A stretch of DNA of 64,000 nucleotides from Candidatus Krumholzibacteriia bacterium (GCA_963836185.1 CAWIIQ010000003.1:160001-224000), one strand, 5' to 3'. Shown: positions 30,417 through 40,172, numbered from the stretch's first letter. Notes: generated by a model from the letters alone, not told the origin. Translations and numbers: made by a program.

Positions 30417-31337
30417 ATGAAAAGCACGATGTTCATAATGTCTGCCCTGCTGATACTGGCGTTTGCCGGCTCCGCGGCGCACGCCGGAGAGCTTTCTCCC
30501 GGCATGCTGCTTCCGTCGGAGAAGGATGTCGATGGCTGGAAAAAGGACGGGGAAGCCCTGTTCTATACCCCGGACAACCTCTGGGAGTATATCAACGGCC
30601 AGGCTGAGACATTTCTAATGTACGATTTTCAAGAGGTGGCGGCGCAGCACTATCTCGACGCCTCTGAACTCGAGATAAAGGTCGAGATATACGAGCATGG
30701 AGATCCGCTTATGACCTTCGGGATCTACTCGCAGTTCCGAAGCCCCGAGGGAGCATACCTCGATATCGGAAACGAGGCTTTCGGGGACGAGTACTCGATC
30801 CATTTCTGGAAGGGACGCTTCTATGTGAAGGTCTATGCCTACGACGAGGGGGTAAAGAGCAGCGAGGCGATGAAGATGTTCGCGGGTCTTGTGGCCGGCA
30901 GTATCCCCGCCGAAGGGGGAGAGCCGAAGGAGACCTCGCTTTTCCCGCGCGGCGGCCTGATCGAAAAGAGCGTTACTTTCGTCAGCGAAGGTGTAATGGG
31001 CAGCGGGAAATTCCCGCCGGCTTTCACCGGAGACTACCTTTCAGGCGAGGAGAAGGGGAAGCTGTATATATTCCCCCTCGAATCGAAGGATGCCGCCGCT
31101 GAACTGTTCTCCTGGTACACGGGGGAACTCGAATCGAAGGCCGGCGATGCCGTATCCGGAAAGATAAAATATGCCGTGGCCGAAGGGGAAGCGCCGTACA
31201 GGGGGCACGTGAAGGTCTTCAGGTACCAAAGGTTCATGGGCATTGTCACGGGATTCGAAGCTGGCTCTGGGACCGCGGCCGCTCTCGCTGATGAGACGGT
31301 ATCGCTTGTCGACGGGTTCTGCGGCGGGGATAAATAG
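30417..31337 (+). CDS. Secreted DUF6599-like protein
   Basis: Signal peptide; YTPDNLWEYINGQAE.FL.YDF, FGIYS, FWKGRFYVKV. Confidence 0.7.
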   Translation: MKSTMFIMSALLILAFAGSAAHAGELSPGMLLPSEKDVDGWKKDGEALFYTPDNLWEYINGQAETFLMYDFQEVAAQHYLDASELEIKVEIYEHGDPLMTFGIYSQFRSPEGAYLDIGNEAFGDEYSIHFWKGRFYVKVYAYDEGVKSSEAMKMFAGLVAGSIPAEGGEPKETSLFPRGGLIEKSVTFVSEGVMGSGKFPPAFTGDYLSGEEKGKLYIFPLESKDAAAELFSWYTGELESKAGDAVSGKIKYAVAEGEAPYRGHVKVFRYQRFMGIVTGFEAGSGTAAALADETVSLVDGFCGGDK

Positions 31338-31364
31338 ACTGGACGGACAGTTTCAGGCAGAGAT

Positions 31365-31400
31365 AAAAATGAGGGGCCGGGATTTCCCGGCCCCTCTTCT
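31365..31400. terminator. Bidirectional terminator
   Basis: AAAAAT-GAGGGGCCGGGA-TT-TCCCGGCCCCTC-TTCT between convergent genes. Confidence 0.75.
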
Positions 31401-31427
31401 GTTATTCTGACACCTGATCGCCGTGGA

Positions 31428-31994
31428 TCAGTCGTTGTACATGCTTTTGATCGCTCCCCAGGTGCGTTCCGCGGTAGCTGTCTCGGAGCATTCCGGGTCT
31501 ACGCCGTCCTGGTAGTTGACGTAAAGGTTGGTGAACGCGACAGCGGGGTAGATCGGACGATCGCCTTCGCATTCATTCATATTCGGTCCGCCTGCGGTGG
31601 GATGCGCGACGACAGATATGACCCCCTGCGCTGCCGAAGTCGTTATGATCATCTGGGTGGCGATGACATTCCATCCGAACTGGCAATCCGTGATAACTCC
31701 GCTGACTCCCGATCCGAGGTTGCCCATTACGAGATAGTCGGGGTCCCAGGTTTCCGTGGTGGCGATGATCGAAGCCTCCTCGGGATAGTCGAGCATGAAC
31801 TCCACTCCTTTTGTGCCATCGGCCCACGGAAGGATGAAGACATACATCGTAAATGATCCCGGAATCGATGCGGCGGAACCGCACCACGAGGTGTGCGTGT
31901 CGTCGGCGAAAAGGCCGATGTAGCCCCTTGTCTGGGCTGATGCCGCGGTGGAGAACAGAAGCACCGCGAGAAAAATCATTAGATATCTTTTCAT
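31428..31994 (-). CDS. Secreted beta-rich protein with C-terminal TWGAIKSMY tail
   Basis: Signal peptide (ASA-Q), GGAGGAG RBS, ends ATAERTWGAIKSMYND. Confidence 0.8.
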   Translation of the reverse strand: MKRYLMIFLAVLLFSTAASAQTRGYIGLFADDTHTSWCGSAASIPGSFTMYVFILPWADGTKGVEFMLDYPEEASIIATTETWDPDYLVMGNLGSGVSGVITDCQFGWNVIATQMIITTSAAQGVISVVAHPTAGGPNMNECEGDRPIYPAVAFTNLYVNYQDGVDPECSETATAERTWGAIKSMYND

Positions 31995-32242
31995 ACCGGC
32001 TCCTCCCGATATCTGGACCCTCTATCTGATCCGGAACGGCACGATGCCGGCCCGGAAATTCCCTGCTCGTCTCAACCTGTCTCAAACCGGCAGGATATCG
32101 TCCACCTGCCTTTGACGCAATGACAGTCCCTCTTGCGGCGCGATTCCCCGAAAGTGCCTGCCGGACGGGGAACCCGGTCATTTCACCCGTATCTTAAATC
32201 GTGCTTTCCCGGTACTGTCAACAGGTTTTTCACAGGGGACTT

Positions 32243-32258
32243 ACAAGATGCATGCCAG
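32243..32258 (-). promoter_or_regulatory. Possible sigma54 -24/-12 promoter for 31428..31994
   Basis: Minus strand CTGGCATG-CATC-TTGT versus consensus TGGCACG-N4-TTGC (two mismatches). Confidence 0.3.
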
Positions 32259-32280
32259 CGGCCCGGCGGAATCTACTATG

Positions 32281-33288
32281 TCACTTTTCCAGAAGACGTT
32301 CCGCGCGCTTCATCAGCTCGGGGATCGGAAGGTTGTAGGGGCATTTTTCAAGGCACTCGCCGCATTCGGTGCAGTCGCTGTATTTCATCTTCTGGGTCTC
32401 CATCCTTGAGATTGCCCAGTCTTTAAGCTCGTATCGGTTGTAGTACCCCTCGAGCAGAAGAAGGAATGGTATGTTCAGGCCGGACGGGCAGGGCATGCAG
32501 TATCCGCACCGGCGGCAGAAAAGCTCACCCCACGCCTCTTTTTCCGCGACGAGCCTGTCGAGCTCTCCCGTGGAGGGGGGCGCGAGGTCTCCAGCCGTTA
32601 TGTTCTCGTCGACCTGTTCGACTGCATCCATGCCGGGGATAGATATGTCTATCCCCCGGGTGAGAGTGAACCTTATCGCGGGGGCCACATCGGCCAGGGC
32701 TCCGCCTGCGACAGGCTTCATCCCGATCGTGCCCATCCCCGCTCTGCGCGCGGCGGGAAGGACCTCGTCCTCCCACTCCGTCTCTATCGCGTTGAACGGG
32801 AGCTGGACCGTGTCGAACTTTCCAAGGCCGGCCGCGTGGAGAAGGATGTCCCTCGAATGGCCGGTGATACCGATCCATCTGACCTTGCCTTCCTCGCGCG
32901 CCCTGGCCAGTGTCTCGTAGGCGCCGCCTGGACCCAGGACCCTCTCGAGCTGCTGCATGTTGCCGACCGCGTGGAACTGGTAGAGATCGATCATCTCCGT
33001 CCGGAGGTTCCGCAGGCTCGTTTCCAGCTCGCCCCTCATCCCCGCCGCGTCTCTTGACATCGCCTTGGTCGCTATCCAGACCGAGTCCCTGTGACGGGCG
33101 AGGGCGCGGCCGATCTTTTCCTCGCTGTCTGTATATCCCCTGGCGGTATCGTAAAAATCTATCCCCTTGTCGAAAGCGTGCAGGAGAACGCGCTCAGCAT
33201 CGGCGAATGAGAGCCCCTGCAGGGGGATGCCGCCGAATCCGACAACGGATGCCTTTATATCAGTCTTCCCGAGTGTCCTCTTCTCCAT
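32281..33288 (-). CDS. Aldo/keto reductase with C-terminal 4Fe-4S dicluster
   Basis: LGKTD, GFGGIP, DTARGYTDSEEKIG, IDLYQFH, CRRCGYCMPCP, CTECGECLEKCPY. Confidence 0.9.
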   Translation of the reverse strand: MEKRTLGKTDIKASVVGFGGIPLQGLSFADAERVLLHAFDKGIDFYDTARGYTDSEEKIGRALARHRDSVWIATKAMSRDAAGMRGELETSLRNLRTEMIDLYQFHAVGNMQQLERVLGPGGAYETLARAREEGKVRWIGITGHSRDILLHAAGLGKFDTVQLPFNAIETEWEDEVLPAARRAGMGTIGMKPVAGGALADVAPAIRFTLTRGIDISIPGMDAVEQVDENITAGDLAPPSTGELDRLVAEKEAWGELFCRRCGYCMPCPSGLNIPFLLLLEGYYNRYELKDWAISRMETQKMKYSDCTECGECLEKCPYNLPIPELMKRAERLLEK

Positions 33289-33411
33289 CTGCCTTCCTCC
33301 ATTGTTTTTCTTCGTTGTGACTTTCGATGGTGGTAGTATACAGGGTAAGGTTGCGGTTACGCAATGAGGAGACGACGGCTGCATGGAACGGTCAAAGAGT
33401 GGAGGTCGCCG

Positions 33412-34818
33412 GTGAAAAGGGCAAAGATCGTCTGTACGATCGGACCTGCCTCGAGAGACAGGGTAACGCTGGAAAGACTCGCCGCGGCGGGCATGAACGT
33501 CGCGCGGATCAATTTTTCACACGGAAAACACGAGGAGCACGCGGAGGTCTGCGGCCGGGTAAGGGAGCTTGGCGCCAACATCGCGGTTATGCAGGACCTT
33601 CAAGGGCCGAAGATCCGCGTGGGAGAGATCGAAGGCGAGATGGAGCTCGTCCGGGACGCGGGGCTCGTCCTGACCGCCGGGGATCCCGCGGGAAGGCCGG
33701 ACGTCATACATATCGATTATCCGAAGCTCGCCGACGAGGTGAAACCGGGGAACGACATCTTTCTCGCTGACGGCATCATCCATCTTACGGTCGTGGGGAT
33801 CGAAGGAAGAGACGTTCGCTGCAGCGTGGTCCACGGGGGGCTCCTTACCTCGCGGAAGGGGGTAAATCTTCCTGGCGTCAGCATAAGCGCACCGGCCCTT
33901 ACCGACAGGGACAGGAAGGACCTGGAATTCGGGATCGGGCTCGGCGTCGATTTCGTCGCTCTGTCCTTTGTCAGGAGTCCCGATGAGGTCATCGAACTGA
34001 GGCAGATCCTCGAGGCCGCCGGCTCGACCGCGAAGATAGTGGTGAAGATAGAGAAGCGAGAAGCTATAGACAACCTTCCCGGCATCCTTGCCGCGACTGA
34101 CGCGGTGATGATAGCGCGCGGGGACCTCGGCGTGGAGATCCCCGCCGACCAGGTCCCGGTAGTGCAGAAAGAGTTGATCGGCAAGTGCCTGTCTGCGGGA
34201 AAGCCGGTCATCACGGCGACGCAGATGCTCGAATCGATGACTGTTTCAGAGCTTCCAACGCGAGCGGAAGCGAGCGACGTCGCTAACGCCGTGCTCGACG
34301 GCAGTTCGGCTTTGATGCTCTCTGCCGAGACAGCTACCGGGAAATATCCCGTCGAGACGGTAAAGATGATGAGCCGGATAATAGAGACCGCGGAAGAATA
34401 CGCGTTAGTATCTCGGTGCGAAGAGCCCCCGGCAGGTTCCCTGGCGATGCCCGGGGCCGTGGTAGACTCGGACACCGATGCCGTCATGGCAGGAGCGGTG
34501 ATAACAGCGCGGGAAGTCGGAGCGAAGGCGATCGTCGTGCTGAGCCATTCGGGCAGGACGGCGAGGCTCGTGGCCCGGCGTCGCCCGTCGGTTCCCATTG
34601 TCGCCCTGACCGATCTCGAGCATGTCGTCAGGCAGCTATCTCTCGTCTGGGGTGTGGAGACGATCCATATAGACAACATAGCGGGAACGGAGGAGATCTT
34701 TGCCGTGATCAGGGAGAAGGTCACAGCGGCCGGCTACAGGGGGCGGATAGTGCTTACGGCCGGGATACCGACCGCGGAAAGGGCGCCCACGAACACCGTT
34801 CACGTTGTCGACGTCTGA
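33412..34818 (+). CDS. pyk: Pyruvate kinase
   Basis: KIVCTIGPAS, RINFSHG, DLQGPKIR, KIE, MIARGDLG, ATQMLESM, PTRAE, MLSAETA. Confidence 0.97.
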   Translation: MKRAKIVCTIGPASRDRVTLERLAAAGMNVARINFSHGKHEEHAEVCGRVRELGANIAVMQDLQGPKIRVGEIEGEMELVRDAGLVLTAGDPAGRPDVIHIDYPKLADEVKPGNDIFLADGIIHLTVVGIEGRDVRCSVVHGGLLTSRKGVNLPGVSISAPALTDRDRKDLEFGIGLGVDFVALSFVRSPDEVIELRQILEAAGSTAKIVVKIEKREAIDNLPGILAATDAVMIARGDLGVEIPADQVPVVQKELIGKCLSAGKPVITATQMLESMTVSELPTRAEASDVANAVLDGSSALMLSAETATGKYPVETVKMMSRIIETAEEYALVSRCEEPPAGSLAMPGAVVDSDTDAVMAGAVITAREVGAKAIVVLSHSGRTARLVARRRPSVPIVALTDLEHVVRQLSLVWGVETIHIDNIAGTEEIFAVIREKVTAAGYRGRIVLTAGIPTAERAPTNTVHVVDV

Positions 34819-35041
34819 GGAAAGAAAGTTTACGCGAGAGAGGCCTCCGTCAAATTATTTAATAACCGGGTCCGGTTCGCTTTCCTCCCGCCGGTCAAGG
34901 TATTACCTCTCCAGAACAGCCTCAATCCCAACGCCAGAATCTTCGCTTATGCTTGTCAGGCAGCAGGTTACACCGTTTTTCAACAGGAAGCCGGCGGCTC
35001 CCCGCGCACCGCCCGGTCGGGCTCCTCGCCATTGCCGGAAA

Positions 35042-35058
35042 TTGGCACGGATATTGAT
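35042..35058 (+). promoter_or_regulatory. Sigma54-type -24/-12 promoter
   Basis: TTGGCACG-GATA-TTGAT: exact -24 box and spacing; the -12 box is TTGA rather than TTGC. Confidence 0.55.
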
Positions 35059-35068
35059 GATAAGGTAC

Positions 35069-35244
35069 TGTTAACCTGTGGTTGAGCCCGCGGAAACTCT
35101 TTGATGAACGGGGCCTCCCCCCCCTACGTTAAGAGAAGGCTCTTCAGGTTGTCACATAGCCGAAGGGGGCAAGAGCAGCAGGAACGCAAGACTAAGCCTT
35201 CGGGACCTGGGGACGGACTCTATTTGGGTCCGTCCTTTTTCTTT
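35069..35244 (+). ncRNA. Candidate ~175-nt small RNA with C-rich loop
   Basis: Lies between the sigma54-like promoter and a strong terminator; contains two internal hairpins and no credible ORF. Confidence 0.45.
35211..35244 (+). terminator. Intrinsic terminator
   Basis: GGACGGAC...GTCCGTCC-TTTTTCTTT. Confidence 0.8.
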
Positions 35245-35272
35245 GCCCCGGCCAATTTTTTCCCTGAACCTG

Positions 35273-35301
35273 TAGACAAATGGGGCTGTATTGTTTAGAT
35301 T
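35273..35301 (+). promoter_or_regulatory. Sigma70-type promoter of citDE-citF-pckA
   Basis: TAGACA-N17-TAGATT. Confidence 0.5.
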
Positions 35302-35430
35302 ATCGGCTGGTACGGCGGCCGGCCGGTCGCTGACTGCGATTTCACCTTGTGAGGAAGGGAATGGACTCCCCCTTATCACGAAGGAAGAAGTGGCTGACTC
35401 ACCCTTTACGATCAATCCCGGAAGTGGACA

Positions 35431-36648
35431 ATGAGTGATTCTGTGCAGACCCGTGCCGGCAGGGAAGGCAAGAAAAGCGATCTTGCTGTTCTTCTGACGG
35501 AAAAGGACGCCGGCGGCATCGACGTATCTGTCAAAAGCTCCGTCGGTCACATGTTCGGAAGCCAGATCGAGAAGACTGCGGTGGATACACTCGTGGCTCT
35601 CGGCATCGAGAACTGCGAAGCGGTTATCGACGACATGGGGGCATTCGATTACGTCATCATGGCGAGGATCGAAGCAGCCGCCAGAAGAATGCGGAAGATA
35701 GACGGTCCCGGGTGCATCCCGGAACGCAAGGTCGAATACGGCCCGCCCAGGAAAGAGATGCTGCGCAGGACCCGTCTCTACATGCCGGGCAACAACCCGG
35801 ACCTGATGCGCAATGGCGGTCTCTACGGCGCCGACAGCGTTATCCTCGACCTGGAGGATTCTGTCTCTCCGGGCGAGAAGGACGCCGCGAGGATACTGGT
35901 CCGCAATACTCTCCTCACGATCGACTATTTCGACTGCGAACGCATCGTCAGGATCAACCCCCTCTCTACAGAGTACGGGGCTGACGATATCGAGATGATA
36001 GTCCCTTACGGCGTCGATACGATTCTCGTGCCGAAGTGCGAGAGCGCCGGGGATATAAAGGCCGTCGAAGAGATGATCGCGGAACAGGAAAAGAAACATT
36101 CACTCGGATACGAAGTCCTTATAATGCCGCTTATCGAGACGGCCAGGGGAATACTGAACGCATACGAGATCGGAGCCGCAAGCGACCGTGTCGTAGCGCT
36201 CTGCTTCGGGGCGGAAGACTTCACAGCCGACATCGGCGCCGAAAGGACGAAGGAAGGGAAGGAGAGCTTTACTGCCAGGTCGATGCTCGTGCTCGGAGCC
36301 AAGGCGGCGGGAGTACAGGTAATAGACACGGTCTTCTCCGATGTCCAGGACGAGGAGGGCCTTATCGCCAGCACGCAGGAGGCGATGGCTCTCGGGTTCG
36401 AAGGCAAGGGGGTCATCCACCCGGCCCAGATCAAGCCGATACATGCCGTTTTCAGCCCGGCCCCCGAGCGTATCGAGTACGCCAGAAAGGTCGTGGCGGC
36501 GATAGAAAAGGCCCGCTCGGAAGGGAGCGGAGTTGCGACAATAGGAAGCAAGATGATAGATGCGCCTATCGAGACGAGAGCCAGGAAGATCCTGAGACTT
36601 GCCGAGGCGCTGGGGCTGCTCGAAGACGAGACAGGGGGAGGATCATGA
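35431..36648 (+). CDS. citE: Citrate lyase acyl-carrier (CitD) fused to beta subunit (CitE)
   Basis: N-terminal CitD-like SSVGHMFG..I, DMGAFDYVIMARIEAA; CitE-like RRTRLYMPGNNP, ILDLEDSV, IET, GAED, GK..IHP.Q, MIDAP. Confidence 0.9.
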   Translation: MSDSVQTRAGREGKKSDLAVLLTEKDAGGIDVSVKSSVGHMFGSQIEKTAVDTLVALGIENCEAVIDDMGAFDYVIMARIEAAARRMRKIDGPGCIPERKVEYGPPRKEMLRRTRLYMPGNNPDLMRNGGLYGADSVILDLEDSVSPGEKDAARILVRNTLLTIDYFDCERIVRINPLSTEYGADDIEMIVPYGVDTILVPKCESAGDIKAVEEMIAEQEKKHSLGYEVLIMPLIETARGILNAYEIGAASDRVVALCFGAEDFTADIGAERTKEGKESFTARSMLVLGAKAAGVQVIDTVFSDVQDEEGLIASTQEAMALGFEGKGVIHPAQIKPIHAVFSPAPERIEYARKVVAAIEKARSEGSGVATIGSKMIDAPIETRARKILRLAEALGLLEDETGGGS

Positions 36649-38195
36649 AGATGGTCCCTAACTCTCTGGGACGCATGGTCCCCGAGGAAATAGACGGCAG
36701 GAAGCTCAAGCCCTTCATGGGCGCGCACGCTGATCACGGCGGCGGCCGCAAGGCGGCACCCCCGATAAAGGCGGTCCCCGATTACGCGGACAAGATGAGG
36801 GCCTCGCTGGACGAAGCGATCGACGCGTGCGAGATAAAGGACGGGATGACAGTCTCGTTCCACCATCATCTGAGAAACGGCGATTACGTGATCAATATGG
36901 TCGTAGACAAGCTCGCCGAACGCGGGCTGAAAGACCTCAGGATCTTTCCCTCGGCGCTTTTCCCTGTCCACGAGCCGCTTATTAAGCATATTGAGAACGG
37001 CGTCATCTCCCACATCGAGGGATCGATGAACGGCCCGGTCGGGCGAGCCTGCTCGCTCGGAAAGATGTCGAAGACATGTGTTCTCCGCTCGCACGGCGGA
37101 AGGTACAGGGCCATCCAGGATGGCGATGTGCATATCGACGCGGCCTTTATCGCCGCGCCGGCCGCCGACCATTTCGGTAACTGCAACGGGCACAGCGGCC
37201 CTTCGGCCTGCGGCGTGATGGGATACGCGCTTGCCGATTCGCTCTACGCCGAGAAGACGGTCGTCCTCACAGACAACCTTCAGCCCTTCCCCGTATTTCC
37301 ATGGGTGATCAAGGGCGGGAACGTCGACCATGTCTGCACCGTTGACAGGCTGGGGGATCCGGAGCAGATAATCTCCGGTACGACAAAGATAACACGCTCC
37401 CCGACCAGGCAGCTGATCGCCGAATACGCGGCGAGATTCGTGAAGGACATCGGCTTGCTCGATGAGCCCGATTTCACGTTCCAGTCAGGCGCGGGCGGGA
37501 TATCGCTGGCCTTCCTCAAATATCTCGGCGACATCATGAGGGAAACGGGCGTCGTGGCGAGGTTCGCTCGAGGCGGATCGAACAAGTACCTCGTCGACAT
37601 GCTCGAGGAAGGGCTGATAGAGTACATCCTCGACGGTCAGTGTTTCGACCTCGTAGGGGTAAGGTCGCTCGGTGAGAACCTGAGGCATCTTGAGACCGAC
37701 CCGTTTACGTCTTACTGTTATCATACGAAGGGCAATTTCGCGCCTCTGGTAAAGCTCGGTATCCTGGGTGCGACCGAGATAGACACGGATTTCAACGTCA
37801 ACGTCAATACCCACACCGACGGCTGGCTTCTGCACGGCATCGGCGGCTTCACCGATGTGACCGACTCTCAGATCACCATGATAACGGCCCCTCTGCTTCG
37901 AGGGAGGCTGCCGGTGATCACGGACAGCGTCACGACGGTAACCGCTCCCGGCGAGGTCATCGACGTCCTCGTCACGGAACGAGGCGTGGCGGTAAACCCG
38001 GCGCGCGAAGATATACTCGCGCGGCTCAAGGGGAGCGACCTGCCCGTAAGGACGATCGATGAGATGAGAGATATGGCTGTCGGCCTCTCCGGCCTTCCCG
38101 ATAAACCGGAGTACGAGGACAGGGTCGTGGCTCTGATCGAATGGCGGGACGGCACGGTTATTGATACGGTCAGACAGCTTAAGGCGCAGGAATAG
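36645..38195 (+). CDS. citF: Citrate lyase alpha subunit (citrate CoA-transferase)
   Basis: DGMTVSFHHHLRNGD, RSHGGR, QSGAGG, GATEID..FNVNV, TAPGE.IDVLVTERG, EWRDGTVID. Confidence 0.95.
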   Translation: MKMVPNSLGRMVPEEIDGRKLKPFMGAHADHGGGRKAAPPIKAVPDYADKMRASLDEAIDACEIKDGMTVSFHHHLRNGDYVINMVVDKLAERGLKDLRIFPSALFPVHEPLIKHIENGVISHIEGSMNGPVGRACSLGKMSKTCVLRSHGGRYRAIQDGDVHIDAAFIAAPAADHFGNCNGHSGPSACGVMGYALADSLYAEKTVVLTDNLQPFPVFPWVIKGGNVDHVCTVDRLGDPEQIISGTTKITRSPTRQLIAEYAARFVKDIGLLDEPDFTFQSGAGGISLAFLKYLGDIMRETGVVARFARGGSNKYLVDMLEEGLIEYILDGQCFDLVGVRSLGENLRHLETDPFTSYCYHTKGNFAPLVKLGILGATEIDTDFNVNVNTHTDGWLLHGIGGFTDVTDSQITMITAPLLRGRLPVITDSVTTVTAPGEVIDVLVTERGVAVNPAREDILARLKGSDLPVRTIDEMRDMAVGLSGLPDKPEYEDRVVALIEWRDGTVIDTVRQLKAQE

Positions 38196-38218
38196 GACCC
38201 TGTGCGGGAGGAAGTCAA

Positions 38219-40156
38219 TTGAGCACCAGTGACGGTGCCCTCGCGAGGGTGCTTGCCGCGAAGATCAATGCCCTGGCCGAAGAGAAGGGCAGTTTCATAA
38301 GCGACCGTGACGAGATATTCAAGCTCGCCCTGAAGGACAAGGTCACGCTGGAGACAAGAGGGACCGAAGACACCCTCGACAGTTTCGGCAGCCCGGCGTT
38401 CGTCACGAAGAAGACGAGCAGGTCGGCCGCGATGACCGAGATATTATTCGGCGATCCCGATGAGCGCCAGGCGAATATCCTCCGCGGGGCCTTCGAATAC
38501 CTCGAGAAGCATATCGAGGCGGGCGGCAAGCTCCTCGTGATGGACAAGCTGATGGGCCTGCATCCCGAGCATTCATATCACTGCAGGACGATACTCACTC
38601 CTGAATACGCGCGGCTCCTGGTAATGTGGGACAAGCTGATCTTCGACCTCCCCGCCGACCGCGCCGGGAACGAACCGGACCAGGTCCAGGTGATGATACC
38701 CGAATGGGGAGAGTACGCCGCAGGGAAAGAGCTGCCTGCCGTAAGCATACTTGCCGACGCGGAAAACATGGCCACGTGGGCACTGGGCAGCGACTATTTC
38801 GGAGAGATCAAGAAGGGCCATCTGCGGATGGCGATGTACCGCGAGAAGGTCCTCATGAAAGAGGGCAGGGGCGGCGGCCTCGGCATCCATGCGGGCGGCA
38901 AGCTGATAAAGGCGAGAGACGAGGCCAGCGGAGAGCTCGTCGAGAAGGGCGCGATCTTCTTCGGCCTCAGCGGAACGGGAAAGACGACACTGTCGGTCCA
39001 CCATTTCTGGCTCGACCCCGAAAAGGGCGAGACAGTCGTGATAAGGCAGGACGACTTCTTCTCCCTCTCCCCTGACGCGCAGGCGTTCGGTACCGAGGAC
39101 AACGCGTATATCAAGACCGAGGGGCTCGAGGGAGAGGGCCAGCCCCTTCTCTACGCAGGGGCAACCAGCCCCCATGCGGCCCTCGAGAATGTATATGTCG
39201 ACCCGGAGACGAAGGAAGTCGATTTCTTCAGGTACGATCATCCTTTCGTGCCGGGCGGCAAATGTCTTAACGGCCGGGGCGTCGTTATCAGGCGCGAACT
39301 CGATTTCACAGACGACAAGGTAGACCTCGATCATGTCGACATGATCTTCTTTATCACCAGGCGCGAGACGATAGTCCCGCCCCTTTCCAGGCTCAGCACC
39401 AGACAGGCGGCGGCCTTCTTCATGCTCGGCGAGTCGATCCTCACTTCGGCGGCCGATCCGACGAAGGCGGGCCAGTCGGTCCGGTCTGTCGGGACAAATC
39501 CCTTCATCGTCGGTTCGGAAGGCGAGGAGGGAAGCATCTTCTACGATATCCTCAAGAAGAACCCGGGGATACAGTGCTTCCTCTTCAACACGGGCGGCTT
39601 CGGTGGCAGGCAGGTCGATGTAGAGAGGGAGCTTCTTTCCAATCCCGGCGCGATGGAGATCCTCCGCAGGTACCTCGGCGGCTTCTGGCACCTCGACAAG
39701 GGCCTGGGAATAAAGAGAGAGCTTCTCGACAATACCGAGGAGTGGTTCCGCGTCAATCAGGTACGTTTCGAACTGATCGACCACGGCGAGACGCGCCTGT
39801 CGATGAAAGAGGATATCGAGAGAGTCTTCGAGGATATCGAGAGCGGCCGGAAGGACGCAGCCGATTACGAGCTTGTAAAGACGTACTGTCTCGCCGGGCA
39901 GAAGGTCCGGATCCAGGATTCCGCCGCGCTGATCAGGGAGATCGCACGAGGAAGGATCAAATGGACCACGGAGGACTACTGGGGGTATGAGGTACCGACC
40001 GAAGTGCCCGGCCTCGACCTGCACCGGTTCGACGAGCACCGTTACTATCACGACGGCGAGATAAAGAAGCTCAAGGACCAGCTGAAGGAAGAGCGCCTCG
40101 AGTGGCTCCACTCCTTCGACGATCTCGATCCTGAGATAAAGAATATATTCGGGTAG
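38219..40156 (+). CDS. pckA: Phosphoenolpyruvate carboxykinase (ATP)
   Basis: DYFGEIKKG, HAG, FFGLSGTGKTTLS, QDD, YIKT, ENV, NGR, F.LGES, NPF, NTG. Confidence 0.88.
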   Translation: MSTSDGALARVLAAKINALAEEKGSFISDRDEIFKLALKDKVTLETRGTEDTLDSFGSPAFVTKKTSRSAAMTEILFGDPDERQANILRGAFEYLEKHIEAGGKLLVMDKLMGLHPEHSYHCRTILTPEYARLLVMWDKLIFDLPADRAGNEPDQVQVMIPEWGEYAAGKELPAVSILADAENMATWALGSDYFGEIKKGHLRMAMYREKVLMKEGRGGGLGIHAGGKLIKARDEASGELVEKGAIFFGLSGTGKTTLSVHHFWLDPEKGETVVIRQDDFFSLSPDAQAFGTEDNAYIKTEGLEGEGQPLLYAGATSPHAALENVYVDPETKEVDFFRYDHPFVPGGKCLNGRGVVIRRELDFTDDKVDLDHVDMIFFITRRETIVPPLSRLSTRQAAAFFMLGESILTSAADPTKAGQSVRSVGTNPFIVGSEGEEGSIFYDILKKNPGIQCFLFNTGGFGGRQVDVERELLSNPGAMEILRRYLGGFWHLDKGLGIKRELLDNTEEWFRVNQVRFELIDHGETRLSMKEDIERVFEDIESGRKDAADYELVKTYCLAGQKVRIQDSAALIREIARGRIKWTTEDYWGYEVPTEVPGLDLHRFDEHRYYHDGEIKKLKDQLKEERLEWLHSFDDLDPEIKNIFG

Positions 40157-40172
40157 GTTCCGCCGGCCGCGC

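Noticed and set aside
35101-35298. 65-aa ORF in the pyk-cit intergenic region
   Set aside because: No good RBS and it runs through a strong intrinsic terminator; a non-coding reading fits better.
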